A DNA stretch of 64,000 nt. It comes from Candidatus Marinacidobacterium sp. (GTDB lineage Bacteria > Acidobacteriota > Vicinamibacteria > Marinacidobacterales > Marinacidobacteraceae). Each line of letters starts with the position of its first letter. Position 1 is the stretch's first letter. The notes beneath the pieces were generated by a model, which was not told the origin of the DNA, made no database searches, and was given only the letters and a program-made list of their open reading frames with translations. The position numbers and the translations under genes were made by a program. Positions 1 to 9,002 of the stretch are shown piece by piece. The stretch is from NCBI GenBank assembly GCA_965204755.1, contig OZ242011.1, positions 2,208,001 through 2,272,000 of the forward strand. Reading direction: 5' to 3'.

Positions 1-61
1 AGGGCCGGCAGGACGGGGAGTCTCGGCATCGGGCGTCCTTCCTCGGGGGGATCTCCCGGGT

Positions 62-1486
62 TCAGCGGACCAGCAGGATTCGATCGTTCACCGGAACGAA
101 CCATTCGACGCCGCGCTCGGTGACGACGGCGTCGTCTTCGAGCGGGATCCGCACTTTCGCCCCGCCGAATTCCTCGGCCTTGGTGTACGCGAAGAGTTCG
201 ATCGCGAACATGTTGGACGGACGGATCTCGAACTCGAGCCGCGCGGGGTTGAACCAGGCGATGGAGGGGCCGATCCCGTGTCCGAGATTGCCGACCGAGT
301 GGCAGCCGATGGCGATGTCGGTCGTGTCGTCGTCCGTGGGTCGGTTGAACTCGATCACTTGGAAACCGGCTTCTTCCAGCGAAGCGCCGAGGCGCTCCAG
401 CATCGCGCCGGCGGTCGGCCCCGGCCGGATCGTGCGCCGGATGACTTCCCGGGCGGCGCGGCCGCGGTCGAAGGCGTTCTGGATTCCCGGGGGCGCGGCG
501 GTTTCGCCGTCGCGGAGGACATAGGCGATGCGCTTCATGTCCGTATAGAAGTTCAGGTAGCCGACGCCCCAATCGATCATCACCAGGTCGCCGCGCTGGA
601 TGATGCGTTCGTTCGAAGTCGCTTCGATGCCGGCGGGCCCGGTGATGTAGATTGAGGGAATGCCGAACGAGGTATCGAGCCCGTTCTCGAGCAGTTGCTG
701 TTCGATCCACCAGGCCACATCTTCGAGCGCGGTCACGCCGGGGACGATGACCTCGTTGGAGAAGGCCCGCTCGGCGATCTTCCGCGCCCACTCGCTCGCC
801 TCGCCGAAGGCGACGATCTCGCTCGCCACGCGGCGCGAGCGGAAGTCGGAGATCAACTTCTCGGCGCTCACCAACCGGTCCCGGTACGGCTCGCCGAGCG
901 TTTCCGTGAGATGGAGCCAGGAAGTGTGCGAGAGCCCGTCGGCCGCGCCGATGCTGCGCGACATGTTCACGCCGATGCGCTGCGGGTCCCGCTCCCGGAC
1001 GAACTCGGCGAGGTCGGCGCTGCCGAGGATGCGGTCGTACACCTCGCAGCGCGCCAGTTTGTAGCCGGAGACGCCGATGGCGACGCGCTCGATCCGGTCG
1101 CCGCCCCGGTCCGTGAAGATGTAGTAGCCGGTGGAGCCGATGTAGCCGCGGCCGAGGTCCTCCCACAGCGGGTCGCGGAGTCCCTCCTTCATCACGGTGA
1201 TCCACATGTCGATCCCGTTCTCGCGCATCGCCTCGGGCAGGACGAGGTCGAACTTGTCGGCGCGGATGCGGCACATGCGTTCCCAGCGGTTCCGCGCTTC
1301 GGTCTTCGCCGCGCCGGGCGCGGGGAAGAGCGCCGGGAGAAGCGCCGCGGCCGCGAGCAGCGGAAGGAGGGTCCGCCGGCGCCTGCCTCCGGTTCCGGCC
1401 GCGTCCCCCCGCCCGCCGGGCCGCGCCGGGCGCGGGGCGGTTTCTCGGCCGGCCGGGCCGGCGTTCCTCGTCAGGCCGATGTCCAT
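62..1486 (-). CDS. Exported M24-family (Xaa-Pro) metallopeptidase
   Basis: Signal-like hydrophobic N-terminus; pita-bread metal ligands (IDWG..YTDMKR, HSVG..GHG, IELF, LEDD). Confidence 0.85.
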   Translation of the reverse strand: MDIGLTRNAGPAGRETAPRPARPGGRGDAAGTGGRRRRTLLPLLAAAALLPALFPAPGAAKTEARNRWERMCRIRADKFDLVLPEAMRENGIDMWITVMKEGLRDPLWEDLGRGYIGSTGYYIFTDRGGDRIERVAIGVSGYKLARCEVYDRILGSADLAEFVRERDPQRIGVNMSRSIGAADGLSHTSWLHLTETLGEPYRDRLVSAEKLISDFRSRRVASEIVAFGEASEWARKIAERAFSNEVIVPGVTALEDVAWWIEQQLLENGLDTSFGIPSIYITGPAGIEATSNERIIQRGDLVMIDWGVGYLNFYTDMKRIAYVLRDGETAAPPGIQNAFDRGRAAREVIRRTIRPGPTAGAMLERLGASLEEAGFQVIEFNRPTDDDTTDIAIGCHSVGNLGHGIGPSIAWFNPARLEFEIRPSNMFAIELFAYTKAEEFGGAKVRIPLEDDAVVTERGVEWFVPVNDRILLVR

Positions 1487-1593
1487 GCGATCTCCCTCCG
1501 GAATCGGCGCCGAAGGGTACGCGAAAGGATGCGCTCCCCGGCGAACCCGGGTCGGCCGGCGAGGCCTGCGCCGGCGACCGGGCGGAAAACCCG

Positions 1594-2112
1594 CTAGTCG
1601 GCTTCCGTCGGGTTCGCTTCCTCGTCGGGTGCGGCGCCGTCGGACGGGATGCTGTCGGACGGGACGCCGTCGGACGGGACCGGGTTGGCCGTGGGCTCGA
1701 CCGGCGCTTCGACTGCCTCCGCATCGGCTCCGGCGGCCTCCGCGCCCTCCGTGTCCTCCGGCGCTTCCGGCGCCGAAGCGTCAGCGGCGCCCTCGGTCCC
1801 GGCGGCGGCGCCGTCCTCCGGGGCCGCTCCTTCCGCGTCGGACTCGCCGAACATCCGCGCGAGCGCGGCGCGGGCCTCTTCCCTGGCGGCCTGCTGGTCC
1901 TCCGTCGGTCCGCGCGTGTCTTCCTCGATGATCTGCTCGGCTTCGTGCTTGGCGTACACCTCGATCTTCCCCGCCTGCATCTCGGCGAGGGCGACCGCGG
2001 CCGGGCGGCGCAGCGGGCTGGGGACTCTCGGCGGCGCCCCCTGGATCAGTTGCCGGGCGCGCTGCGCCAGCGCGTTCACCTGCAGGAAAGGACTCGCCTC
2101 TTCGATCTTCAA
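1594..2112 (-). CDS. rpoZ: RNA polymerase omega subunit with long acidic C-terminal tail
   Basis: FLQVNALAQRARQLIQGAPPRV...PAAVALAEMQAGKI matches the omega pattern; TTG start. Confidence 0.8.
   Translation of the reverse strand: MKIEEASPFLQVNALAQRARQLIQGAPPRVPSPLRRPAAVALAEMQAGKIEVYAKHEAEQIIEEDTRGPTEDQQAAREEARAALARMFGESDAEGAAPEDGAAAGTEGAADASAPEAPEDTEGAEAAGADAEAVEAPVEPTANPVPSDGVPSDSIPSDGAAPDEEANPTEAD
1636..1680. repeat. 15-bp tandem repeat x3 inside the rpoZ tail
   Basis: gc(c/t)gtcggacggga(t/c) three times, encoding (V/I)PSD(G/S) units. Confidence 0.85.
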
Positions 2113-2260
2113 TCGGGATCTCCTCGCTCCCGACCGCGCATCCCGGTTCTCCGGCGCGGCCGAACCGGGTAGGTTAGCAGTCCGCGGGGGTACATCGCCA
2201 ACGGCAACCGGTTTCCGGGAGACGAAGCCGGTCGGCGGAAACGAGGGCCGGGTTCGGCGG

Positions 2261-2815
2261 TCAGGAGGCCGGACTCGCGAGCAGCCGGCGGAACACCGCC
2301 AGGGACTCCGGCGCCGACCAGTCGCGCGCCCCGATGATGTGGGAGGCCAGCCGGCCGTCGCGCCCGACGATCCAGGTCTCGGGGTACTGCAGCACTTCGT
2401 AGCGGCGGGACACCCGTTTGCCCGGGTCGTGGAGCACCAGGAAGCGAAGGCCGTGCTCGGTTACGAAGGGCTCGATGTCTGCGTACCGCTCGTCCACCGA
2501 GACCGCCACGACTTCGAGCCCCTCGGGGCCGAGGTCGTCGGCGAGTCGCTGCAGCGAGGGCATTTCGGTCACGCAGGGCGGGCACCAGGTCGCCCAGAAG
2601 TTCAGCACCACGACTTTCCCGACGAAGTCGGAGAGGCGGTGTCGATCCCCGGCGAGGTCCTCGAGTTCGAAGGCCGGCGCGGGGGCGCCGGCTTCCGGGC
2701 TCGGCGGGCGTTCGGCGCACCCGGCGGCGAGGACCGCCGGCAGCAGAGCCATAAGGACGGCGGGCCCGACCGGTGAACCCGCCGCCGCCGGTCGGCCCGG
2801 GGCTCCGCCGCTCAC
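2261..2815 (-). CDS. TlpA/ResA-like thiol-disulfide oxidoreductase lipoprotein
   Basis: LAAGC lipobox; VVLNFWATWCPPC; cis-Pro loop YPET. Confidence 0.9.
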   Translation of the reverse strand: MSGGAPGRPAAAGSPVGPAVLMALLPAVLAAGCAERPPSPEAGAPAPAFELEDLAGDRHRLSDFVGKVVVLNFWATWCPPCVTEMPSLQRLADDLGPEGLEVVAVSVDERYADIEPFVTEHGLRFLVLHDPGKRVSRRYEVLQYPETWIVGRDGRLASHIIGARDWSAPESLAVFRRLLASPAS

Positions 2816-3390
2816 GAGCCCCCTTCTTCCGTCGCGAAGAACCTCCCCAGGGCGGCGAGGGTCTTGGCGTCCTCGATGTGTCCATGCGGGCCGGTTTCGC
2901 CGGCGAGCATTCGCCGCGCCTCCGCGACCGGAACGAGCACCGGGCGCACCGATTCACCCGATTCGGGCGCCGGCGGGCCGGCGGTGAGCCCCTCGGCCAG
3001 GAACACCCGGAGGTATTCGTCGCAGAACCCGGGCGCGGTGAAGAAGGCGCCGAACGGACGGAGTACGGCCGCCCGGTAACCGGTCTCTTCGGCAAGTTCG
3101 CGCGCGGCCGTTTCTTCCGCCGCCTCCCCGGCTTCCCGCGTGCCGGCCGGAATCTCCAGCATCGGCCTCCCCGCCGCGTAGCGGTACTGCCGCACCATCA
3201 CGAGCCGGCCGGGGTCGGGCCGCGCCAGGACGGCCACCGCCCCCGGATGCCGTGCGACCTCGCGGCGGGACAGCGGGCCGTAGCCGCCCTCGCCGTCCGG
3301 TTCGCGCACCCGGTCCACCTCCACCCGCAGCAGCCGGCCGCGGAACCGGACCTGGCGATGGAACAGGTCGGCGGAGGTCGTCGTTCCCAC
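2812..3390 (-). CDS. NUDIX hydrolase (ADP-ribose pyrophosphatase-like)
   Basis: Nudix box GTREAGEAAEETAARELAEETGY; HPGAV, RQYRY, TAPGFCDE, IEDAKT. Confidence 0.92.
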   Translation of the reverse strand: MGTTTSADLFHRQVRFRGRLLRVEVDRVREPDGEGGYGPLSRREVARHPGAVAVLARPDPGRLVMVRQYRYAAGRPMLEIPAGTREAGEAAEETAARELAEETGYRAAVLRPFGAFFTAPGFCDEYLRVFLAEGLTAGPPAPESGESVRPVLVPVAEARRMLAGETGPHGHIEDAKTLAALGRFFATEEGGS

Positions 3391-3521
3391 GGTGCTCGAT
3401 GGCCTCCCGACCGAACCGGCAGTGTACCGGGGAGGCGGCCCGACGGCGTCCCTGCGGTTTCGGTTCGGAGCGGAGGAGCGGACCGCTGCGCGACAATGCC
3501 GCCCGCTTCGGCGGCCGCTCC

Positions 3522-4766
3522 ATGACCGTTCCCCGCCGGGTCGCCGCCCTCTGCCTCGCGGGCGTTGCGGCCACCGCCGGGGCCCAGTCGGATCCCCCGG
3601 CCCTCGACGCCGCTCGGGGTGGGCCGTCTCCCTCGATCCTCGACCGGGAGGGCGTCCAGTTCCTGTTCGACTACGACTTCGCGGACGCCGACCGGGTGTA
3701 TCGCCGGTTCTCGGAGGAGTTTCCCGACCACCCGTTCGGGCCGTACAACCGCGCGGCGGTGGTCTGGACCCGGCTCGCCCAGAGGAGCGGCGGGATGCGG
3801 GGCTCCGCCCACCAGGGAGACCGGTACTGGACCCAGACCCGCAAACCGGAAGCCTCCCCCGAAGACATCGCCTCGTTCGGGCGATTCGCGGAGGAAGCCC
3901 TGGCGCGCGCCGAACGCGCTCTCGAATCCGCCCCCGGGGACCTGGAAGTCCGGTACTACCGGGGCGCGACCGAGGCGCTGCAGTCCGGCTGGAAGATCGT
4001 GGTCGAGCGCTCCTACCTCGGCGGCGCCCGCCTGATCCGCCGCGCGGTGGGGCGCCACCGGGACATCCTCGAAGCCGACTCCGGCTTCGCCGACGCCTAC
4101 GCCGTGCCCGGCGCCTGGGACTACGGGGTGGCCACGCTGCCGCGGGCGCTCCGGGCGCTGGCGTTCCTCTTCGGGGTCCGCGGGAACCGCGACCGGGGGC
4201 TCGACTGGGTGGAGAAGACCGCGCGGGAAGGACATCGCGCCCGGTGGGGCGCGCTCTGGACCCTGACGGTGCTCCTGCAGCGGGAGAAGCGGTTCGACGA
4301 GGCGCTCGCGGCCCTCGGGACCCTCCGCCGCCGGTTCCCGAGGAACCCGGACTATCCGCTCGAAGAAGCGGCGGTGCTCGTTTCGCTGAAGGACTACGCC
4401 GCCGCGCGGGACGCGGCCGAGGAGTTCCTGCGCCGCCGGGAGGCCGGTTTCGGCAACTACCACCTGGCGGCCGCCGGCCTGCCCGAACTGCGGCTGGGCG
4501 AGTCGCTGCTTTTCGCCGAGGAGTGGGGCGCCGCCGAGCGCGCCCTGACCGAGGGTCTCGCGGCCGAGCCCGTTTCCGAACTCCGGGCGCTCCTCCACTT
4601 CCGCCGCGGGAACGCCCGCGACGGCGGGGGTCTCCGGCGGGCGGCGCTCGGCGACTACCTGCGGGTGGAGCAGTCGGATGCGGACCCGATCCTCGCGGAT
4701 TGGGCGGCCGTCCTGCGCCGGGAACCGTGGCCGGCCGGCGCTCCCGCCGGGGCTGCGCCCGAGTAG
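3522..4766 (+). CDS. Exported TPR-like helical repeat protein
   Basis: Signal peptide (RRVAALCLAGVAATAGA|Q) and TPR-like repeats; ATG at 3522 preferred over the upstream ORF start. Confidence 0.7.
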   Translation: MTVPRRVAALCLAGVAATAGAQSDPPALDAARGGPSPSILDREGVQFLFDYDFADADRVYRRFSEEFPDHPFGPYNRAAVVWTRLAQRSGGMRGSAHQGDRYWTQTRKPEASPEDIASFGRFAEEALARAERALESAPGDLEVRYYRGATEALQSGWKIVVERSYLGGARLIRRAVGRHRDILEADSGFADAYAVPGAWDYGVATLPRALRALAFLFGVRGNRDRGLDWVEKTAREGHRARWGALWTLTVLLQREKRFDEALAALGTLRRRFPRNPDYPLEEAAVLVSLKDYAAARDAAEEFLRRREAGFGNYHLAAAGLPELRLGESLLFAEEWGAAERALTEGLAAEPVSELRALLHFRRGNARDGGGLRRAALGDYLRVEQSDADPILADWAAVLRREPWPAGAPAGAAPE

Positions 4767-4857
4767 GACGCTGCCGTCCGGGGAGCGCCGACGGCCGGGG
4801 AGCGCCGCCGGTCGGGGGCCGCCGCGCGGGCGCCCCCGGCCGAGGGCGGGTCTGTCG

Positions 4858-5664
4858 TTATTCCCCGGCGGCGCTGTAGGTGAACGAAGCGTCGGCCGTG
4901 GCGGATTCGCCGACGGTGACCTGCATCTCCATCTCGCCCAGCCGCTCGTGCCAGACCCCGACCGTGTAGTCGCCCGGCGGCACATTGCCGATGCTGTACG
5001 AACCGTCGGCGGCGCTCACCGAGAAGTACGGGTGGTCGAGTACTCCGGCGTAACTGTTCATCCACCGATGCACATCGCACTTGAAGGGCACCATGACTTC
5101 GACCTGGTCGAAGGTGCGGGAGGTGCTCATCCCCTGCACCGGCTGTCCGATGTTGAATTCCCGGTTGGCGCTGGGGGTCGCGTGGATGTTGTGGAGGGTC
5201 TGGTCGCTGTTCAGGATCTGGAGTTCCTGCCCCACCTGGATCCCGAGGACATGGGGCACATAGACGCAACCCTCCTGGTTGAGCGTGACCGGTTCGCTCG
5301 GCGTGGGGAAGGACCTGCCTTCGAGTCCGCCCTTGATATAGACGAACGCGTTCTGCAGGCCGCCCTCCATATCCGTGACGACGAACTCGGTCATGACCGG
5401 GGAGTCGTGCATCCGGGCGCAGTTCGGGTCGGCGGCCATCTGGACGGCGTCGGCCGGCGGGGCCTCGCCGTCGAGCATGATCGCGCCGGTGATCGTCCCG
5501 GCGGTCGCCGGGTCCACCGTGGTCATCTCGGCCGCCGGCATGGCGTCCATGGCGTCGTCGGACGAGTCGGAACCTCCCCCGCCGCAGGCGGCGAGGGCCA
5601 GCGCGGCGAGCGCGGCCGGCAGGGCCGCGGGGAACGAGGGCAGGGAGCGGAAACGCTTGGTCAA
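4858..5664 (-). CDS. Lipoprotein with cupredoxin-like and carboxypeptidase-regulatory-like domains
   Basis: LALAAC lipobox; CVYVPHV, HNIH and KCDVHRWM (C-x2-H-x2-M); VPPGDYTVGVWHE; TTG start after GGAGG. Confidence 0.8.
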   Translation of the reverse strand: MTKRFRSLPSFPAALPAALAALALAACGGGGSDSSDDAMDAMPAAEMTTVDPATAGTITGAIMLDGEAPPADAVQMAADPNCARMHDSPVMTEFVVTDMEGGLQNAFVYIKGGLEGRSFPTPSEPVTLNQEGCVYVPHVLGIQVGQELQILNSDQTLHNIHATPSANREFNIGQPVQGMSTSRTFDQVEVMVPFKCDVHRWMNSYAGVLDHPYFSVSAADGSYSIGNVPPGDYTVGVWHERLGEMEMQVTVGESATADASFTYSAAGE

Positions 5665-6053
5665 GTGGGAACCTCCGTCGGAAAAGTCCTCTGGCCGAAT
5701 CCCGGGTCCGCCCGGCGGCGGGCCGGCCGAGCGGGAAGGTCCGGGATATCGGCTCGCGGCCGGCCGAAGGAAGAGGATTCCGACCGCGGGCCGCCGATCC
5801 ACACGGGCGAAACGCCCGTAAGTCCGCGCAATTCTAGCGGCGCGCGGAGACCGCGCCCCGCCCTTCGTCCTCGACTTCGCGGTCGGGTCGGCGGCGCCTC
5901 GGGCGGGCGGGCGACCGGAGGGCCGCGGTCAACAGCCTGTGGAGAAAGTCCGGGGAGGGCCTGTCGGCGCGAAGCGCCGACCGGGGAGGGGTGCGGGGAG
6001 GGGGTGGCGGGCTGTTGACCGGGGGCGGAGATCGTTAGAGTGAACGGCGCACC

Positions 6054-7010
6054 ATGACGGCCGGCTCCGCCCGCTCCCGGGCGCCCCGCGGCCGGCTCGC
6101 CGGCCGGCTGGTTCTCGCCGGCGCCGCGGCGCTCGTCTCTTGGTCCGGGGCGTCGGCGGCGGGGCAGGAGCGACCGGGAAACGATCCGTTCCGGCTCCGG
6201 CTCGCCGTTGAGGCGGTGAACCTCGGCGTCGCCGTGACGGACTCCCGCGGACGGTTCGTCTCCGGGCTCACGGAGGAGAACTTCGTCGTTCGCGAGGACG
6301 GCGTGCCGCAGGAGATCAGTTTCTTCGCCAGCGAGGTCGCCCCCCTCGACATCCTGATCCTGCTCGACGCCTCGCTCAGCATGAGGGCCAGTCTCGACTA
6401 TGTGAAGGAAGCGGCCTCGATCTTCGTGGATCGGCTCTGGGAAGGCGACCGGGCGATGATCGGCGAGTTCAACGACCGCATCCGGTTCGGCGGGGAGTTC
6501 ACCGACGACCGGAGGCGGCTCACTTCGAGCATCCTGGCGCTGAACCCGCTGGGCGCCACCGCGCTCTACGACGCCTCGATCCTGGCCCTCGAGCGGCTTC
6601 ACCGGGCCGACGCGGAGCGGAAGGCGCTGCTCGTCTTCACCGACGGCGACGACTCCCGGATCACCGGTTTCGGCAGCGAGGCGAGTTCCCGCGACGCCAT
6701 CGAAGCCGCGCGTCTCACCGAGGCGGCGATCTACGCCATCGGCTTCGAGGGGAACGGGGCGCGCGTCAACAAGCGGTTCCTGAACCGGTTGACCGAAGAG
6801 ACGGGCGGCCAGGCGCTCTTCCCGGAACGCACCGGCGACCTCATCGGCAGTTTCGCCCGGATCGAGGAAGACCTCCACTCCCAGTACCGGCTCGCCTACA
6901 TCCCGCGGATCGAGCAACGCGACGGGGAGTGGCGGTCCATCGAGGTAACGGTCACCGGCCGGCGCGGCCTCACCGCCCGCGCGCGCCGCGGCTACTACGC
7001 CGATCCGTAG
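6054..7010 (+). CDS. VWA-domain protein (acidobacterial VWFA-related type)
   Basis: VTDSRGRFVSGL..ENF.V.EDGVPQ.I, MIDAS DASLSM, TALYD, FTDGDD, TGG.A, QYRLAY, ARRGY. Confidence 0.9.
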   Translation: MTAGSARSRAPRGRLAGRLVLAGAAALVSWSGASAAGQERPGNDPFRLRLAVEAVNLGVAVTDSRGRFVSGLTEENFVVREDGVPQEISFFASEVAPLDILILLDASLSMRASLDYVKEAASIFVDRLWEGDRAMIGEFNDRIRFGGEFTDDRRRLTSSILALNPLGATALYDASILALERLHRADAERKALLVFTDGDDSRITGFGSEASSRDAIEAARLTEAAIYAIGFEGNGARVNKRFLNRLTEETGGQALFPERTGDLIGSFARIEEDLHSQYRLAYIPRIEQRDGEWRSIEVTVTGRRGLTARARRGYYADP

Positions 7011-7078
7011 GCTCGGTCCGAGCCCGAGGCGTCTGTCTCGAGTCGCGCTTCCGTTCGGGCCCCGGAGGGGGCCCCGGT

Positions 7079-7411
7079 TCAGGCCTTCCCGCTCTCCGCG
7101 AGCCTCGGGCCGGCGGCGAATCCGGGTCGAGCGGGCGCCGGCGCAGGCGCCGGCGCGGAGGAGCGGCGGCGGGACCGCAGGTAGATCGCGGCGAGGGCGC
7201 CGAAGACCGCATAGGGCATCAGCAGCAGGAACAGGATCGCGCGGTTGAAGCCGGCGGCGGCCCCCGGGTTCTGCTCCAGCGCCGTCCGGCACATGGAGCA
7301 CTGGGCGGACGCGCTCTCGGGCGCCGCCAGCGCGAGCGCCGCGAGGAACGCCGCGGCGAGCAGACCGACCACGCGCGACCGCGGAAGAGTCGCGCGTCCG
7401 ACAGCGGTCAT
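7079..7411 (-). CDS. Small membrane protein of the oxidase cluster (AQCSMC motif)
   Basis: Signal, then AQCSMCRTALE, then one TM helix; lies at the end of the cox cluster. Confidence 0.7.
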   Translation of the reverse strand: MTAVGRATLPRSRVVGLLAAAFLAALALAAPESASAQCSMCRTALEQNPGAAAGFNRAILFLLLMPYAVFGALAAIYLRSRRRSSAPAPAPAPARPGFAAGPRLAESGKA

Positions 7412-7448
7412 CGGCGGAGCGGAGGGCGGACCCGGGTGGACGGCCCGT

Positions 7449-7751
7449 TCAGGGGAGGCTGCTGGCCAGGATGTGGAATCCGTCGTAGGCCGGGAGCACG
7501 AACATCAGGATGCTGGTCACGAACAGGCCCACGAGCACCGTCAGGATGAGGGTCTTGTGCTCGAACCGCAGGTGCATGTAGTGGAAGATGATCAGCACTG
7601 CCTTGATCCCGGACCCGAGCAGGAGCAGGACCGCCGCCAGCGCGGCCGGCAGGTTCGCTCCCTCGATCGCGATCATGAGCAGGGTGGTGGTGAGCAGCAC
7701 CGCCCACAGGATCCAGTAGAGGCGGTAGGGATGCGCGGATTCGGTGGACAA
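7449..7751 (-). CDS. Cytochrome c oxidase subunit IV family
   Basis: Three TM helices with KAVLIIFHYMHLRFE; C-terminal part of ORF 7449..8306; TTG start. Confidence 0.88.
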   Translation of the reverse strand: MSTESAHPYRLYWILWAVLLTTTLLMIAIEGANLPAALAAVLLLLGSGIKAVLIIFHYMHLRFEHKTLILTVLVGLFVTSILMFVLPAYDGFHILASSLP

Positions 7752-7762
7752 GTGCGGCCTCC

Positions 7763-8368
7763 CTAGACCAGGTAGAAGAGGGCGAAGACGAAGACCCACA
7801 CCAGGTCCACGAAGTGCCAGTAGAGGCCGGCGTTCTCCACCCCGGCGGCCGAGTAGCGGCCGAGGGCGGAGCGGATCGCCACGACCAGCAGCACGGTCAC
7901 GCCGGTGAGGACATGGAAGCCGTGGAAGCCGGTGATCACGAAGAAGAACTGGCTGAACACCGGCGAGCCCCAGGGGTTCGAGTGGAGTCCGCCTCCGTCC
8001 TGGATGAAGTGGGCCCACTCGTAGGCCTGCATGCCGAGGAAGCCGAAGCCGCCGAGGATGGTCAGCCACAGGCACAGGGTCACGGTCTTCCGCCGCTCGA
8101 GTTCGGCGGCGGCCACGGCGCAGGCCATCGTCGCCGACGAACTGATCAGGACGAAGGTCATCGCCGCGATGTAGGTGAGGCTGAAGACCTCGCTCTGGAC
8201 CGGCCACGACCCGGTGGCGATGCGCACCACGCCGTAACTCACGAGGAGCCCGGCGAAGAGCAGCGCGTCGGTGACGATGAAGAACCACATCATCATCTTC
8301 TGCCAAGTCACGCCGAAGGGGCTGGCGGCGCCCCCCCAGTCGGCCCGGGCGATCGCTGTCTGACTCAT
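7763..8368 (-). CDS. Heme-copper oxidase subunit III
   Basis: KMMMWFFIVTD, TFVLISSS, FFVITGFHGFHV, LYWHFVDLVW. Confidence 0.93.
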   Translation of the reverse strand: MSQTAIARADWGGAASPFGVTWQKMMMWFFIVTDALLFAGLLVSYGVVRIATGSWPVQSEVFSLTYIAAMTFVLISSSATMACAVAAAELERRKTVTLCLWLTILGGFGFLGMQAYEWAHFIQDGGGLHSNPWGSPVFSQFFFVITGFHGFHVLTGVTVLLVVAIRSALGRYSAAGVENAGLYWHFVDLVWVFVFALFYLV

Positions 8369-8417
8369 GGGTCCTCCCGATTCCTTCCCGAATGCGCGTT
8401 CGGCGCCGAACGGCTCG

Positions 8418-9002
8418 TTACCCCACCCAGAACAGGACGACGAGCAGGTAGAGCCACAGGCCGCCCACGAAGTGCCAGTAGATGGCGGTCAGGGTCGGCG
8501 CGTCCGATCCTCCGGGCGACAGCCGTCCGAAGACGGCCGCCCCGAAGAGCGCGAGCAGCGCCACGACGCCGGCGAAGAGGTGCGCGGCGTGCACCCCGGT
8601 CAGCACGAAGAAGAAGGAACTCTTCGGCGTGCTCTGGAGATAGAGCCCGGCCCGGTTCAGGGCGTCCCAGGAAAGGAACTGCCCGACCAGGAACGAGATG
8701 CCCAAACCGGCGGTCACCGCGCTCCATCTCCGGAACCCGGCGAGGTCGCCGGCGGCGAACGCCCGGCGGCCGACTTCCAGCGCGCCGGAACTCAGGGCGA
8801 TGAAGGCGGTGCTCAGCCACACGACGGGAGGGATCCCGATCTCCACCCAGTCCGCGCCGCCGCTCCGGACGATGTACGCGGAAGTGAACGCGGCGAACAG
8901 CATGGTGATCGCGCCGAGCCCGACGAACAGGCCCAGCCGGTTCACCTGGCGCCGGTCCGCGGCGCCTTCGGTCCGGGGCGAAAGCGCCGCCGCTTCGGCC
9001 AT
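8418..9002 (-). CDS. Heme-copper oxidase subunit III (second paralog)
   Basis: MLFAAFTSAY, LTGVHAAH, YWHFV; ATG overlaps the subunit I stop (TGATG). Confidence 0.9.
   Translation of the reverse strand: MAEAAALSPRTEGAADRRQVNRLGLFVGLGAITMLFAAFTSAYIVRSGGADWVEIGIPPVVWLSTAFIALSSGALEVGRRAFAAGDLAGFRRWSAVTAGLGISFLVGQFLSWDALNRAGLYLQSTPKSSFFFVLTGVHAAHLFAGVVALLALFGAAVFGRLSPGGSDAPTLTAIYWHFVGGLWLYLLVVLFWVG

Noticed and set aside
5795-5946. DnaA-box-like words (TGTGGAGAA, CGATCCACA) as oriC
   Set aside because: Only two imperfect matches, with no AT-rich unwinding element and no dnaA context.
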